Source: Alphaproteobacteria bacterium
Lineage (GTDB): Bacteria; Pseudomonadota; Alphaproteobacteria; UBA6615
Length of the DNA: 64,000 nucleotides
Assembly: GCA_028279245.1 (NCBI GenBank)
Contig: JANQOE010000039.1
Span: 66,916-130,915, forward strand
Direction: 5' to 3'
Positions 8,673 to 19,177 of this stretch are shown here, piece by piece. Made by a program: the position numbers and the translations under genes. The notes beneath the pieces are model-generated. The model was not told the DNA's origin. It saw only the letters and a list, made by a program, of their open reading frames with translations, and did not search any database. Each line of letters starts with the position of its first letter. The first letter of the stretch is position 1.

Positions 8673-10037
8673 ATGGCCCGATTTGTCCTGGTCTCAAACC
8701 GTGTGCCCCTCCCGGGCCAAGAATCCGCAACCTCCTTCACCGCCGCCCTAACCGCCTCCCTCCGCAGCCACGATTGCCTCTGGTTCGGCTGGAGCGGCAA
8801 ACTGAGCGATAGCCCGAGTCTCGACGTGCGGGTCACGAAACGGCGCCATCTGACCATCGCTACGGTCGATCTCGGGCAGCGCGACTATGACGAATACTAC
8901 AACGGCTATGCTCACCAGACGCTGTGGCCCCTGTTCCACTATCGCCCGGGTCTGACGTCCTACAACCGCGCCTACTACGCGGCCTATCACCGGGTCAACG
9001 CGCTCTTCGCCTCCCAACTCGCCAAGATACTTCGCCCCGACGACATGGTGCTAGTGCAGGACTATCACCTCATCCCGTTGGGCGAGGAGCTGCGGAAACT
9101 CGGCTGTAAGGCCTCGGTCGGCTTCTTTCTGCACATACCGTTCCCGGCGCACCAAGTTCTGGCGACGTTGTACAACCATCGCCGCCTCATCCGATCGATG
9201 CTGGCCTACGATTTGGTGGGCGTACAGACAGACGCCGACCTCCAGGCGCTACGCGACTATGTTGAGCGTGAATTGGCAGGCACCACAACCGTCACCGAAG
9301 TTACCGTGGACGGGCAGACGACCCGCATCTGCGCGAGGCCCTTCGGCATCAACGTCGAAGATGCAAGACAACAGCCCGAGACCCCGGCCGGCCGCCGGCA
9401 GGCTGAAAGGATGGAACAGAGTTTGGCCGGCGGCAGTCTGATCGTCAGCGCCGATCGCCTTGACTACACGAAGGGGTTGGCGGAGCGGCTTGCAGCTTTC
9501 GAGACACTGCTCGAACATCATCCGGAGCATCGCCGCCGCGTAACAATGATGCAAACCGTCATCGCGTCCCGGCGTCCAGGCGTCGCCGAGTATGATGAGC
9601 TGCGCCGCCGGCTGGAGATCGAAGCGGGTCGTTTGAACGGACGCTATGCCGAGTTCGATTGGATCCCGCTCCGCTACATTTACAAGCGGGTCAGTCGCAG
9701 CGCGACCGCCGGCCTCTTTCGCGTTGCGCGGATCGGCCTGATGACCCCGCTGCACGACGGCATGAACCTGCTCGCCAAGGACTTTGTCGCGGCACAGGAT
9801 CCGGACGATCCGGGGGTACTCGTTCTGTCGCGTTTCGCCGGTGCGGCACAGGCGTTGTCGAGCGCATTGATCGTCAATCCATACGACACACTCGAAACAG
9901 CAAACGCCCTACACGTTGCCCTAGAAATGCCACTCGACCAACGCAAAGCCCGTTGGGCATCAATGATGGATGCAATACGGCGTGACAGCGCCGAGGCATG
10001 GTTCGCCGGCTTCGCTCAAGAACTCGCACTGAAATAA
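8673..10037 (+). CDS. otsA: Alpha,alpha-trehalose-phosphate synthase (UDP-forming), GT20
   Basis: MARFVLVSNRVPLP... , ...FFLHIPFP..., ...DGMNLLAKDF... hallmark OtsA motifs. Confidence 0.9.
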   Translation: MARFVLVSNRVPLPGQESATSFTAALTASLRSHDCLWFGWSGKLSDSPSLDVRVTKRRHLTIATVDLGQRDYDEYYNGYAHQTLWPLFHYRPGLTSYNRAYYAAYHRVNALFASQLAKILRPDDMVLVQDYHLIPLGEELRKLGCKASVGFFLHIPFPAHQVLATLYNHRRLIRSMLAYDLVGVQTDADLQALRDYVERELAGTTTVTEVTVDGQTTRICARPFGINVEDARQQPETPAGRRQAERMEQSLAGGSLIVSADRLDYTKGLAERLAAFETLLEHHPEHRRRVTMMQTVIASRRPGVAEYDELRRRLEIEAGRLNGRYAEFDWIPLRYIYKRVSRSATAGLFRVARIGLMTPLHDGMNLLAKDFVAAQDPDDPGVLVLSRFAGAAQALSSALIVNPYDTLETANALHVALEMPLDQRKARWASMMDAIRRDSAEAWFAGFAQELALK

Positions 10038-10217
10038 ACAGTAAGAAAGAGTGACTTGGTTGGTCGGCGCACGGACCCATTATTAGGTGCGTTGGACCGA
10101 GAGTTAGGCGATGGCTTATATTACTGAACGGACTTTCAAAGCGCGGCCGGCACGCGGCGAGTGGTTGAGGCGCTACGTCAGACGAATCTCGCGACTAATG
10201 CGGTCGTTCAGAGCACC

Positions 10218-10469
10218 CTAGCGGCGATCCCAATTCATGGCATTCGGCAAAGGCAGGTTGTCGTTTGCCGGAATGCCACGGCGCCGGCCGGCCGGTGGCA
10301 AAACGCGATCCTTGCGGAGTTCGGCGACCGTCGCCTCAAGCTGCGCGACATTGGCCCGCAACTCGCGAATACGGCCGTTAAGCCGACTGATGACCGAACG
10401 ATAGCGCTCCTGCGCAAGGCGCGGCGGATAAATGATATCGAGAATGCGCGATCGGATGTACCGAGCCAC
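10218..10469 (-). CDS. Hypothetical coiled-coil small protein (83 aa), weak
   Basis: GTG start; RIRELRANVAQLEATVAELRKD coiled-coil; overlapping + strand ORF 10161..10520 equally unsupported. Confidence 0.2.
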   Translation of the reverse strand: MARYIRSRILDIIYPPRLAQERYRSVISRLNGRIRELRANVAQLEATVAELRKDRVLPPAGRRRGIPANDNLPLPNAMNWDRR

Positions 10470-10658
10470 AACTCACCTTCCCCACCATTTTCTTTTCTTT
10501 CGCAGGGAACAGTGCGCTGATTCGATGAACTGAGTCTCGTGACAAAGATCGGTACGGTTACCCTTCGGAAAGGGCGATATCGGCAGCCGACGGGCTGTTG
10601 GTAGCTATCCTTCGTGGGTCCACATCCCGGATGCCTACGGCAACACCTGTTGGGACCC

Positions 10659-11804
10659 CTAAGTTTCAACCCGTTGCGGGCGCACCCAAGAACCTGTTCT
10701 CCCACACCCCTGCGATTGCCGAAGCTGTATCGCCTGCTCGTACAGCCTAACACATCGCTCTGTAACGGCCGGCCAGGCGAATGAGCGGGCAAATGCCTGA
10801 GCACGTCGGCGGTCAGACGAGGTGGTTCGGCGCATCAGCGCCTCAAGTCGCACTACCACCTCTCCAGTGTCCTCGAAGTCGATCGCCGCCCCGACCTTTG
10901 CATCACGCACAAGCTCTGTGAAAGAAGCATTGTTGTGCACCAGCGGCACCAGTCCGACCGACATGGCCTCAATGAGGCTCATGCCAAACCCTTCATAATC
11001 GGACCCGGAGCAATAGAAGCCACATTGCTGCGCGATCTCGCGCAGGCGGCTCTTCGAAACGGCCCCATGAAAGACCACCGCCGACGACACGCCCAACGCG
11101 GACGACACCTCTTCAAGTGCCGCGCAAGACACATCCCACTCTGGGCCAACGACATGAAGCCGAGAGTTCACGCCAAGCTGAAGCAGTTCGGCAAACGCGC
11201 GGATGACACGATCCACTCGCTTGTGACTGGCCAATCGGCCCAAACACAATATGTCGGATCCCGCCCCGATAAATAACCCAATCGGTTCCACACCATTCGG
11301 CAACAGCGAGACTCTGCGGTGAATGCTCTGAAACCGCGTTAGGTCATTCTCGCTGTTGGCCAACAGGCAAGAGTACGCGCGGCATGTCCGTGCGGTCACA
11401 TGTTTGAGATAGGTTCGCTTGGCCCGCGCCATGAAATCGGTGTGAAAGAACCCGCCATGCGTCGTCGCCACCAATGGTGCCTTGGGCGGTAACAAGCCTA
11501 GGATATCAAAGAAACTGTCTGTCGAGTGCACATGGACGATGTCCCGATCCGCCAGCAGCTTTCGATATCCGAAAGGCATGAATAGGCGTCGCCCGCCAAA
11601 GAAAGGGACCCGAGCGACGCGCACGCCGTCGACAGTATCAGCAACGGCGAGTCTCGTTCTGTCTCCAAACACCCGATCGAGGGTCAGTAGCTCACAAGAC
11701 AAACCAAGTTGTTGCTGATGCGTGGCCAAGGCTGCGACATAGTTCTCGAGGCCGCCGATTGACGGTGCAAACTGACGCACAACGTGCAGAACGCGCAATG
11801 ACAT
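10659..11804 (-). CDS. Glycosyltransferase family 4 (GT-B, RfaG-like)
   Basis: MSLRVLHVVRQFAPSIGGLENYV N-term and C-terminal ...SGSDYEGFGMSLIEAMSVGLVPLV... EX7E-type motif. Confidence 0.85.
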   Translation of the reverse strand: MSLRVLHVVRQFAPSIGGLENYVAALATHQQQLGLSCELLTLDRVFGDRTRLAVADTVDGVRVARVPFFGGRRLFMPFGYRKLLADRDIVHVHSTDSFFDILGLLPPKAPLVATTHGGFFHTDFMARAKRTYLKHVTARTCRAYSCLLANSENDLTRFQSIHRRVSLLPNGVEPIGLFIGAGSDILCLGRLASHKRVDRVIRAFAELLQLGVNSRLHVVGPEWDVSCAALEEVSSALGVSSAVVFHGAVSKSRLREIAQQCGFYCSGSDYEGFGMSLIEAMSVGLVPLVHNNASFTELVRDAKVGAAIDFEDTGEVVVRLEALMRRTTSSDRRRAQAFARSFAWPAVTERCVRLYEQAIQLRQSQGCGRTGSWVRPQRVET

Positions 11805-11829
11805 GGGACTCCCTCACTTCACGCTGGGT

Positions 11830-12993
11830 CTATTGCCGGCCTTCTACCAGTACGTCGCGGAGAAAGGTCACGTTCCCGACCAGATACCGGCGCCACAGCC
11901 GGCGCGGTTCTCGGCCCAGACGGTACACCCACTCCAGCCGCCATCGTCGCATCCATAGCGGCGCGCGCGCCGCTCGGCCTGACACGAAATCGAACAGACC
12001 CCCAACCGCGACAAGCAGGACCGCTCCGGTTGCTTGGGCATTCTCGGCGATCCAGATCTCCTGCTTCGGGCTACCCAGCGCAACGATCACCATGTCGGCT
12101 TGCAGAGACTTGATGCGATCGCGGATGCGCGGCGTCTCAGACGGCTCGAAAAAGCCGTGCTGGTATCCGACAACCAAATGTCGAGGAAACCTCGCTCCAA
12201 GTTCATCGGCAACGGCGGATACAACCTCTTGCTCCGCGCCCAACAAGAAAATGCGAAACGCGTGCCTGGTGCCATCGAGATAGAACGGGACTAGATCAGT
12301 ACCGTTGAGGTTCTCTGGAAAGTCTCTACCGTACCAAATACGGCTGGCGATATCGATCCCGATCCCATCGTTGTAAACGAGAAAGTCGGATAGCCCGATA
12401 CGAAAGAATTCCGAGCGGTTCGTGAGGTTCAACGTATTGGCATTCGCGAAGGCGACCTTCGTCATCTGCCTTTTGGAGTAACAGCGGTCTAGCTCTTCGA
12501 CGACCCCATCCCGGGTTCGCGCACTTACATCGAGCCCGAAGAGACGATGCGTTGGCAAAGGCACTGACGCGTGCCGCAGATAGACGACGTGACAGCCGAT
12601 CAGACACGGGAGGAACAGCACGAACAAAGCTAGTAACCAACCGCGAGAGAAGTCGCCGAACAATCTCAGTAAAAGCACCACGGACAATAGGATGACCGCT
12701 ATCACGACCAGGGTGACAAAAGCGCGGCGAACGCTCACCGCGGTGGCAACATCCCGACGAACACCGCCTCGCCACCCCGGCTGAGTCACAAAGAAAAGCG
12801 AGCCAAGAGCGGTAACGCCGGCATACTTCGGCCAGTCTTCGAATTGGCCATGCACGCCCCACACCCAGACCAGGAATAGCAAGAATCCAACGGCAGCGAA
12901 GGCCAACCCATCCACGAGCCAGACTCTCAACTGAGAACAGTCAGATCCCGCCAGGCCCGTGAGCCGTTGGTACGAAAGCCCCATCTCGATCAC
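11830..12993 (-). CDS. WecB/TagA/CpsF (GT26) family glycosyltransferase with N-terminal ~150-aa multi-TM extension
   Basis: C-terminal ...IVALGSPKQEIWIAENAQATGAVLLVAVGGLFDFVSGRAARAPLWMRRWRLEWVYRLGREPRRLWRRYL is canonical GT26; N-term has 4 hydrophobic helices. Confidence 0.8.
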   Translation of the reverse strand: MIEMGLSYQRLTGLAGSDCSQLRVWLVDGLAFAAVGFLLFLVWVWGVHGQFEDWPKYAGVTALGSLFFVTQPGWRGGVRRDVATAVSVRRAFVTLVVIAVILLSVVLLLRLFGDFSRGWLLALFVLFLPCLIGCHVVYLRHASVPLPTHRLFGLDVSARTRDGVVEELDRCYSKRQMTKVAFANANTLNLTNRSEFFRIGLSDFLVYNDGIGIDIASRIWYGRDFPENLNGTDLVPFYLDGTRHAFRIFLLGAEQEVVSAVADELGARFPRHLVVGYQHGFFEPSETPRIRDRIKSLQADMVIVALGSPKQEIWIAENAQATGAVLLVAVGGLFDFVSGRAARAPLWMRRWRLEWVYRLGREPRRLWRRYLVGNVTFLRDVLVEGRQ

Positions 12994-13162
12994 CCAGGAA
13001 AGACTCGAACTGCCTAACCAGTACTAGTTGAGTGTTCGATTTGGCGCTCACGAACTAGAGTAAGAACAACCCTTTCGATATTAATCAGGAGTCTGGTGGG
13101 ATAAAGACACAGTGACCAACCGGCCCCGCTGCGCGGAGACCCAACAGAATCAGCCAACGGCC

Positions 13163-15373
13163 CTAGCTGCTCGCACCGCTTGCCGTCGAATAGTAATCGG
13201 CGCACTTGCCATGGCCGTAAAACGAACCGGCGTCGCCATACCCATACCCCGACATGACGCGCGCATTCACCTGGGTCATCACGCAACCCAAAGCCTTGGG
13301 TTCCGACTCAAGCAACAGCTCCACCGCAGACTGAGCAACCCGACGCCGTGTTTCTTTCCACTTGACCAGAAAGACCGTGGAATCGGCCACCCGCGCCAGG
13401 ATGCGCGGGTCAACCACGGCAAGTACGGGAGGCGCGTCGAGAAAGATAACGTCGAAGTCTTGCCGCAGGCGCTTGAGCATCTTGGGGATGCGAACGGTCT
13501 GTAGGAGTTCTGCGGCAGTAGGGCTTGCCTGGCCAGCGGTGACGAACATAAGGTCACTCTGCTCGTCCTTATGGGCTGCCAACTCCGCCTCCGTTTCCTC
13601 CTCCAGGTACTCCGCCAAGCCGCGATGATTGGGAACCCCCAGCACCTCGTGCAGCCGCGGCCGCCGCAGGTCGCAATCGACGGTCAGCACTCTGTGTCCC
13701 ATGCCGGCCATCGCCCGTGCCAGACCGACAGTGGTGGTCGTCTTTCCTTCGCCAGGTAGGGAGGATGTAACCAGCACCACTTGAGAGGTGCCCTCGGACG
13801 TCCGCAAGAGCAAGGACGCCCGGATCCCGCGCATCGCCTCGGCAAAACTCGAACGAGACCCCGTCTTTTCGAGGAGTGCGGCCTGGTCACGGGCTGCTGC
13901 CCGGACTTCCGGTATCTGCCCCAACACCGGCAGCCCCAGCACCTGTCGCAACTCCCTCGACGTGCTGAATGACAGTTGATCCAACCGCTCGATCACAAAC
14001 ACAAGCGCCGGCCCAAGCAGCAGCGCCAGCACCAAAGCTCCAGCCAGCAACACTGGCTTGTTCGGCGCACTCGGCCGGCTCGGCACGCTAGCATAGGAAA
14101 CGACCCGCGCATCGGCCTGCTGGATACCATCTTGGATTGTTGTTTCTTTGAATCGGGCAAGAAAAAGCTCGTAGAGCCGCCTATCGGCTTCCGCGTCTCG
14201 CTCCAGCGCACGAAGCTGCACGCCGGCGAGGCTGGCATCGGTCGCCACTGCCTCAAGCTCCTGCACGCGTTGTCCCAGCGTCGACACACGCGACTGCGCG
14301 ACGCGCACCTCTGACGAAAGGTTCTCGACGACCCTCTCCACCTCCTCGTCGATCTTTGTTTGCAGAATAGTGCTCTCGGCGCGGACCTTTTCCCAAACGG
14401 GGTGCTCCGGGCCGTACTGGACGGAAAGCTCAGCCTCACGCTGTGACATCGCGACGGCGTCGTTCCTGAGGTTCTGAATCGGCGTGGAACCTAGAACCGC
14501 CGCAATCGTATCGATATCCGCGCCGGACAACCCCTCGGCCTCACGGAGGCGCGCTTCGGCTTCGGTGGCCAGCGCCTCGGCGCCGGCCAGTTCTGCGTTC
14601 AACCGCGACAACTGCTCGATCAGCAGCGGTGCTTGGACTCCCTCGACCAAACCAACACGCGCACGGAAGTCCTCGATCTCCCGTTCGGATCCTTGCACCG
14701 TCGCCTCAAGCTCGCTCAGACGCTCATTGATCCAATCAGTCGCCCTTCGGGTTGCGTCGAACTTGTTCCTTAGCTGGGACTCAATGTACCGGTCGGCGAC
14801 CGCATTAGCGGCGGCGGCCGCGTTTGCCGCGCTAAGAGCATCGAACCGAACCGATATCACATTTGACCGCTGCACTTGCCGTACAGTCAGATGGCTCAGA
14901 AACCGGTCCACGGCACCCGACCCCGTAGCCTCCGGTTGACGAGCACCCTGCACCTCGGCACCCAGCGTGTCCGCCAGGTCGCCAACAACAGCCTCCGCAA
15001 TCGTCCGGGATCGAATAACCTGGACCTCACCCGTGATAGCGGCTGTATCGTCTGAGAGTGCAGAAGCGACTTTCTCGATGCCGACAATGTTGTCGGAGGC
15101 TGGTTCAATCTGGATCAGCGACTCAGCCGTGTACACCGGCTTGGCGAACTGCAGGTAGACAACCGCAATCGCAAGAGTGACTGAAATCGACGAGAGAAGC
15201 ACGAAGCGCCGACGCCAAAGCATGCGAAAGATCTCATCGAGATCGATCTCGTTGGGAGAACCGGTACTGATCTCGTATGAGTGGTAATCAGGTCCGGAAT
15301 AGGGTTGCGCGTGCCCAGACGCGTGGACGCCAACAGGTGAAAGAGAGGCATCGGCCATAAGAGTTACCGCCAA
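13163..15373 (-). CDS. Polysaccharide co-polymerase / BY-tyrosine autokinase (Wzc/ExoP/GumC-like)
   Basis: Wzz-type N-terminal TM plus long coiled-coil periplasmic domain, second TM, cytoplasmic kinase with Walker A SSLPGEGKTTTT and C-terminal Tyr cluster GYGYGDAGSFYGHG..YY. Confidence 0.9.
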   Translation of the reverse strand: MAVTLMADASLSPVGVHASGHAQPYSGPDYHSYEISTGSPNEIDLDEIFRMLWRRRFVLLSSISVTLAIAVVYLQFAKPVYTAESLIQIEPASDNIVGIEKVASALSDDTAAITGEVQVIRSRTIAEAVVGDLADTLGAEVQGARQPEATGSGAVDRFLSHLTVRQVQRSNVISVRFDALSAANAAAAANAVADRYIESQLRNKFDATRRATDWINERLSELEATVQGSEREIEDFRARVGLVEGVQAPLLIEQLSRLNAELAGAEALATEAEARLREAEGLSGADIDTIAAVLGSTPIQNLRNDAVAMSQREAELSVQYGPEHPVWEKVRAESTILQTKIDEEVERVVENLSSEVRVAQSRVSTLGQRVQELEAVATDASLAGVQLRALERDAEADRRLYELFLARFKETTIQDGIQQADARVVSYASVPSRPSAPNKPVLLAGALVLALLLGPALVFVIERLDQLSFSTSRELRQVLGLPVLGQIPEVRAAARDQAALLEKTGSRSSFAEAMRGIRASLLLRTSEGTSQVVLVTSSLPGEGKTTTTVGLARAMAGMGHRVLTVDCDLRRPRLHEVLGVPNHRGLAEYLEEETEAELAAHKDEQSDLMFVTAGQASPTAAELLQTVRIPKMLKRLRQDFDVIFLDAPPVLAVVDPRILARVADSTVFLVKWKETRRRVAQSAVELLLESEPKALGCVMTQVNARVMSGYGYGDAGSFYGHGKCADYYSTASGASS

Positions 15374-15558
15374 ACACGCGAATCACGGGAGATCTGGAAG
15401 TATTCGTAGGCAAGAGTTGCGCTCCGAGACACTCCGATTAGGTATTAGATTGCCCCTTGATTGAAACCGTTGATTTTTGCCAGCGGGGTCGGCACAAGGG
15501 TCGGGGTAGCGCAAGAAAGGTAGGCGCAGGGCCGTTGGCTACTGCGCCCAGTCATCGA

Positions 15559-16332
15559 GTGAAGGCAGTCATTCTCGCCGGCGGCGTTGGCAGCCGCCTA
15601 GCCGAAGAAACACAGACTCGACCCAAACCGATGGTTGAAATCGGCGGGCGGCCGATTCTGTGGCACATCATGAAGTTGTACGAACATCACGGGGTCTGCG
15701 AATTCATCATCTGCGCGGGATACAAGGGTTATCTAATCAAAGAGTTCTTTGCGAACTACCATCTGCACAACGCGGATGTGACGATCGACCTTGCGACCAA
15801 TACCATCGAGTACGACGCTGGACGTGTCGACCCATGGCGCGTCACGATCGCCGACACCGGCGACACGACAATGACCGGTGGGCGTCTCCGGCGCATTGCG
15901 CGGCACCTTGATCCGGAAGAGACCTTCTTGCTGACCTACGGCGACGGAGTTGGCGACATCGACATTCGGGCTAGTATCGAGCATCACTACCGCGCGGGCC
16001 GCAAAGCCACTGTTACTGTGGTCGCACCGCCCGGCCGCTTCGGCGTGACGAGCCTTGACGGTGATCGGGTCCAGGCTTTCACCGAGAAGCCGCTGGGCGA
16101 AGGCGGCCGTATCAACGCGGGCTTCTTTGTTTGTGAGCCATCGGTGATCGAACTGATCGACAACGACCAAACGATATGGGAGCAAGGCCCGCTAACGACG
16201 CTGGCTGAACAAGGCGAACTGACCGCTTTCACCCACGATGGGTTCTGGCAGCCTATGGATACGCTGCGCGACCGCAACGATCTCGAACGTCATTGGGCGT
16301 CCGGCAACGCGCCGTGGCAAGTGTGGCGATAG
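15559..16332 (+). CDS. rfbF: Glucose-1-phosphate cytidylyltransferase
   Basis: ORF 15457..16332, start refined to GTG ~15559 (VKAVILAGGVGSRLAEET...PKPMVEIGGRPILWHIMK); 258 aa matches RfbF not RmlA length. Confidence 0.85.
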   Translation: MKAVILAGGVGSRLAEETQTRPKPMVEIGGRPILWHIMKLYEHHGVCEFIICAGYKGYLIKEFFANYHLHNADVTIDLATNTIEYDAGRVDPWRVTIADTGDTTMTGGRLRRIARHLDPEETFLLTYGDGVGDIDIRASIEHHYRAGRKATVTVVAPPGRFGVTSLDGDRVQAFTEKPLGEGGRINAGFFVCEPSVIELIDNDQTIWEQGPLTTLAEQGELTAFTHDGFWQPMDTLRDRNDLERHWASGNAPWQVWR

Positions 16333-16344
16333 CCCCCCAGCGCA

Positions 16345-17418
16345 ATGAACACCGGGCCTACGATTGATCGCAAGCTATGGGACGGCGCGCGCGTGCTCCT
16401 CACCGGGCACACGGGTTTCAAGGGTGCCTGGTTAAGCCTCTGGCTCGAGCATCTAGGGGCAAAGGTTTTTGGCTTTGCACTCGCGCCCGAGCATGAGAAA
16501 TGCGTGGCCAATCTCGCCAGATGCGGTGGCGATCGGAGCATCATCGGCGACATCCGTCAGGCGAGCGCGGTCAATGAGGCCGTTACGGCGGCGGCCCCGG
16601 ATATCGTCCTTCATATGGCCGCCCAACCCCTCGTTCGACTCGGCTTCCGCGAACCGGTGACCACCTTCGACACAAACCTCATGGGGACAGCGAATCTACT
16701 GGACGCGCTGTACCGGCATCACCAACCACGCTGTGTCCTGGTGATCACCAGCGATAAGGTCTACGCGAACGACGGGACTACCGGCGCCTTCTCCGAGCAA
16801 GCGCGGCTCGGCGGCAAGGAGCCATACGGCGCCTCCAAGGCATGTCAGGAGATCATCACCACGGCGTATGCGGAGAGCTACCTGCGGCCGGCCGGCATAC
16901 CAGTCGCGACCGCACGTTCCGGCAATGTCGTCGGTGGCGGCGATTGGGCGGCCGACCGTTTGGTGGGCGACGTGGTCCGCGCTCTCGAGGAAAACGGATG
17001 CGTGCGGCTGCGAAATCCGGCATCCACCCGGCCATGGCAACATGTCCTCGACCCTTTGTTCGGGTACATTCTGTTTGTTCAACAACTCCTGACTGGCGAC
17101 GCGCCGGAAACGCTGAACTTTGGGCCGAGGACCTCTCATTCTGTTGCCGTCGTGGCCGAAGAGCTTGCGGGTCTGCTTGGCGTTCGTGTCGAGCGCGAAA
17201 GCGTCATGCCGGACCGCGAACCGCAAGCGCGCGAAGCCATTACTCTGGATGTTGATCCCACCGCCGCACTCCACGAACTTGGCTGGACCACGCAGATCGA
17301 TCTGAAAACGACCCTACGCTGGATCGCCGATTGGCACCTTCAGCATCGCCACGGCGCGGACATGCGACAGGTGACCCTTAACCAAATCACCGCCTACGAA
17401 GAACGGCTTGGTCAGTGA
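16345..17418 (+). CDS. rfbG: CDP-glucose 4,6-dehydratase
   Basis: ...LLTGHTGFKGAWLSLWLEHLGAKVFGFAL... and YGASKACQE catalytic YxxxK; 357 aa. Confidence 0.85.
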   Translation: MNTGPTIDRKLWDGARVLLTGHTGFKGAWLSLWLEHLGAKVFGFALAPEHEKCVANLARCGGDRSIIGDIRQASAVNEAVTAAAPDIVLHMAAQPLVRLGFREPVTTFDTNLMGTANLLDALYRHHQPRCVLVITSDKVYANDGTTGAFSEQARLGGKEPYGASKACQEIITTAYAESYLRPAGIPVATARSGNVVGGGDWAADRLVGDVVRALEENGCVRLRNPASTRPWQHVLDPLFGYILFVQQLLTGDAPETLNFGPRTSHSVAVVAEELAGLLGVRVERESVMPDREPQAREAITLDVDPTAALHELGWTTQIDLKTTLRWIADWHLQHRHGADMRQVTLNQITAYEERLGQ

Positions 17419-18650
17419 GCAGCGCCCCAACCTGTCGCAGTTGCGGCGCAAATCTCAGATTGACCCTGATCGATCTCGGCCCCATGCCGTTGGCGAATGC
17501 GTTTCTCTCGTCAGCGGATGAGATCGCCGCGGAGCGCACCTACCCGCTCCATGCACGAGTTTGCGAACAGTGCTTCTTGGTTCAGGTCGACGACGTGGTC
17601 CCGCCGGAGGAAATCTTCACTGACTACGCCTATTTCTCTTCATATTCCGAAAGCTGGATCGCCCACGCCAAGGCCTACGCAATGCGGGTCACGGATCGCC
17701 TCAACCTGACCAAGGATAGCCTCGTTGTTGAGATTGCATCGAACGACGGATATCTGCTCCGTCACTTTAAGGAGGCGGGCATCCCGGTCCTCGGCATCGA
17801 GCCTGCGGCCAATGTCGCCGCCGCGGCGACGGCTCAAGATATCCCGACAGAAGTGCTGTTCTTTGGGAAGGCCACAGCCACCAGTCTGGCAAAGAAGCAC
17901 CGCCAGGCAAACTTGATAGTCGCCAACAACGTCCTCGCCCACGTCCCGGACATCAACGACTTCGTCGCGGGCATGCCCCAACTACTGGCCCCCGACGGAG
18001 TGGTCACACTAGAGTTCCCTCACCTCCAGAACCTGATTGAGCAAGTTCAGTTCGATACGATCTATCACGAGCACTTCTCTTATCTCTCCCTGTTCGCAAC
18101 CGAACGACTATTCGCACGACACAAGCTTCGGGTGTTCGACGTGGAGCAGCTCTCGACCCACGGCGGCTCGCTCCGGCTCTGGGTTTGCCATGCGGATGCC
18201 AAACACGCGCCGTCAACAGCCCTAGCGGAAACAAGGGCGCAAGAAGAAACCGCCGGACTCACCGACGTCCGTACCTACGCAGCATTCGGTGCAGCCGCGA
18301 ACAATGTACGCCTCGGGCTACGGCAGTTCCTGGACGAGGCCCGTGAGGATAGGAAACGGGTCGTTGCCTACGGCGCGGCAGCTAAGGGGAACACCCTGCT
18401 AAACAGCTGCCACGCCAGCACTGAAGACATCGAGTTTGTCGCCGACCTGAACGAGTTCAAGCAAGGCCGGCTGCTCCCCGGAAGCCACATCCCGGTTCGC
18501 GCACCACAGGCGATCTACAATGCCCGACCCGACTATGTTCTGATCCTGCCTTGGAACCTCACGGACGAGATAACGGAGTCCCTGGCAGACATCCGGGAAT
18601 GGGGCGCCCAGTTCGTTGTCGCGGTACCGCGGACAACGATACTTCCGTGA
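17415..18650 (+). CDS. NDP-hexose C-methyltransferase (TylC3/EvaC-like: N-terminal Cys4 zinc domain + class I SAM MTase + C-methyltransferase C-terminal domain)
   Basis: N-term CRSCGANLRLTLIDLGPMPLANAF...ARVCEQCFLVQV zinc-ribbon, ...YLLRHFKEAGIPVLGIEPAANVA... SAM fold, ~410 aa typical of sugar 3-C-methyltransferases; start overlaps rfbG stop. Confidence 0.75.
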   Translation: MSSAPTCRSCGANLRLTLIDLGPMPLANAFLSSADEIAAERTYPLHARVCEQCFLVQVDDVVPPEEIFTDYAYFSSYSESWIAHAKAYAMRVTDRLNLTKDSLVVEIASNDGYLLRHFKEAGIPVLGIEPAANVAAAATAQDIPTEVLFFGKATATSLAKKHRQANLIVANNVLAHVPDINDFVAGMPQLLAPDGVVTLEFPHLQNLIEQVQFDTIYHEHFSYLSLFATERLFARHKLRVFDVEQLSTHGGSLRLWVCHADAKHAPSTALAETRAQEETAGLTDVRTYAAFGAAANNVRLGLRQFLDEAREDRKRVVAYGAAAKGNTLLNSCHASTEDIEFVADLNEFKQGRLLPGSHIPVRAPQAIYNARPDYVLILPWNLTDEITESLADIREWGAQFVVAVPRTTILP

Positions 18651-19177
18651 TCTTTCAGAACACGCCGATCGCCGGCGTCACGCAGATCGAGTTCGAGCCC
18701 GTCGAAGACGAGCGAGGTAGCTTTGGTCGGGTGTTTTGCGAGACCGAGATGGCGGATCACGCCTTTCCTTTTGACATCCGCCAAATCAACCGATCGACCA
18801 ATCACCGCGTCCATACGCTTCGCGGACTGCATTACCAAGCAGCGCCAAAGCCCGATCCAAAGATCGTCCGCTGCACCCGAGGGCAGATCTGGGACGTCGT
18901 CGTCGACCTGCGCCCCGAATCATCCAGCTATCTGGCTTGGTACGGCACAACCTTGACGGCCGAAGCCAGCAACGCGCTCCTGATCCCGGGCGAATGCGCC
19001 CATGGCTACCTGACACTCAGCGACAACACCGAGCTGCTATACCTCATGGGCGAAGTCTACGTGCCAGAGCTCGCGCGGGGGGTGCGTTGGGACGATCCAG
19101 TGTTTGGCATCGATTGGCCCGCCACCCCGCAGGTTATCGCACCGCGCGACGCGGCTTATCCCGACTTCCGCCTGTGA
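18647..19177 (+). CDS. NDP-4-keto-6-deoxyhexose 3,5-epimerase-like cupin (RmlC/RfbC family)
   Basis: ORF 18551..19177; GTG 18647 overlaps upstream TGA; ...EDERGSFGRVF... and ...HGYLTLSDNTELLYLM... RmlC motifs. Confidence 0.75.
   Translation: MIFQNTPIAGVTQIEFEPVEDERGSFGRVFCETEMADHAFPFDIRQINRSTNHRVHTLRGLHYQAAPKPDPKIVRCTRGQIWDVVVDLRPESSSYLAWYGTTLTAEASNALLIPGECAHGYLTLSDNTELLYLMGEVYVPELARGVRWDDPVFGIDWPATPQVIAPRDAAYPDFRL

Noticed and set aside
10161-10520. 119-aa + strand ORF between otsA and GT4
   Set aside because: No recognisable motifs, and it overlaps an equally weak minus-strand ORF; the region may be non-coding.
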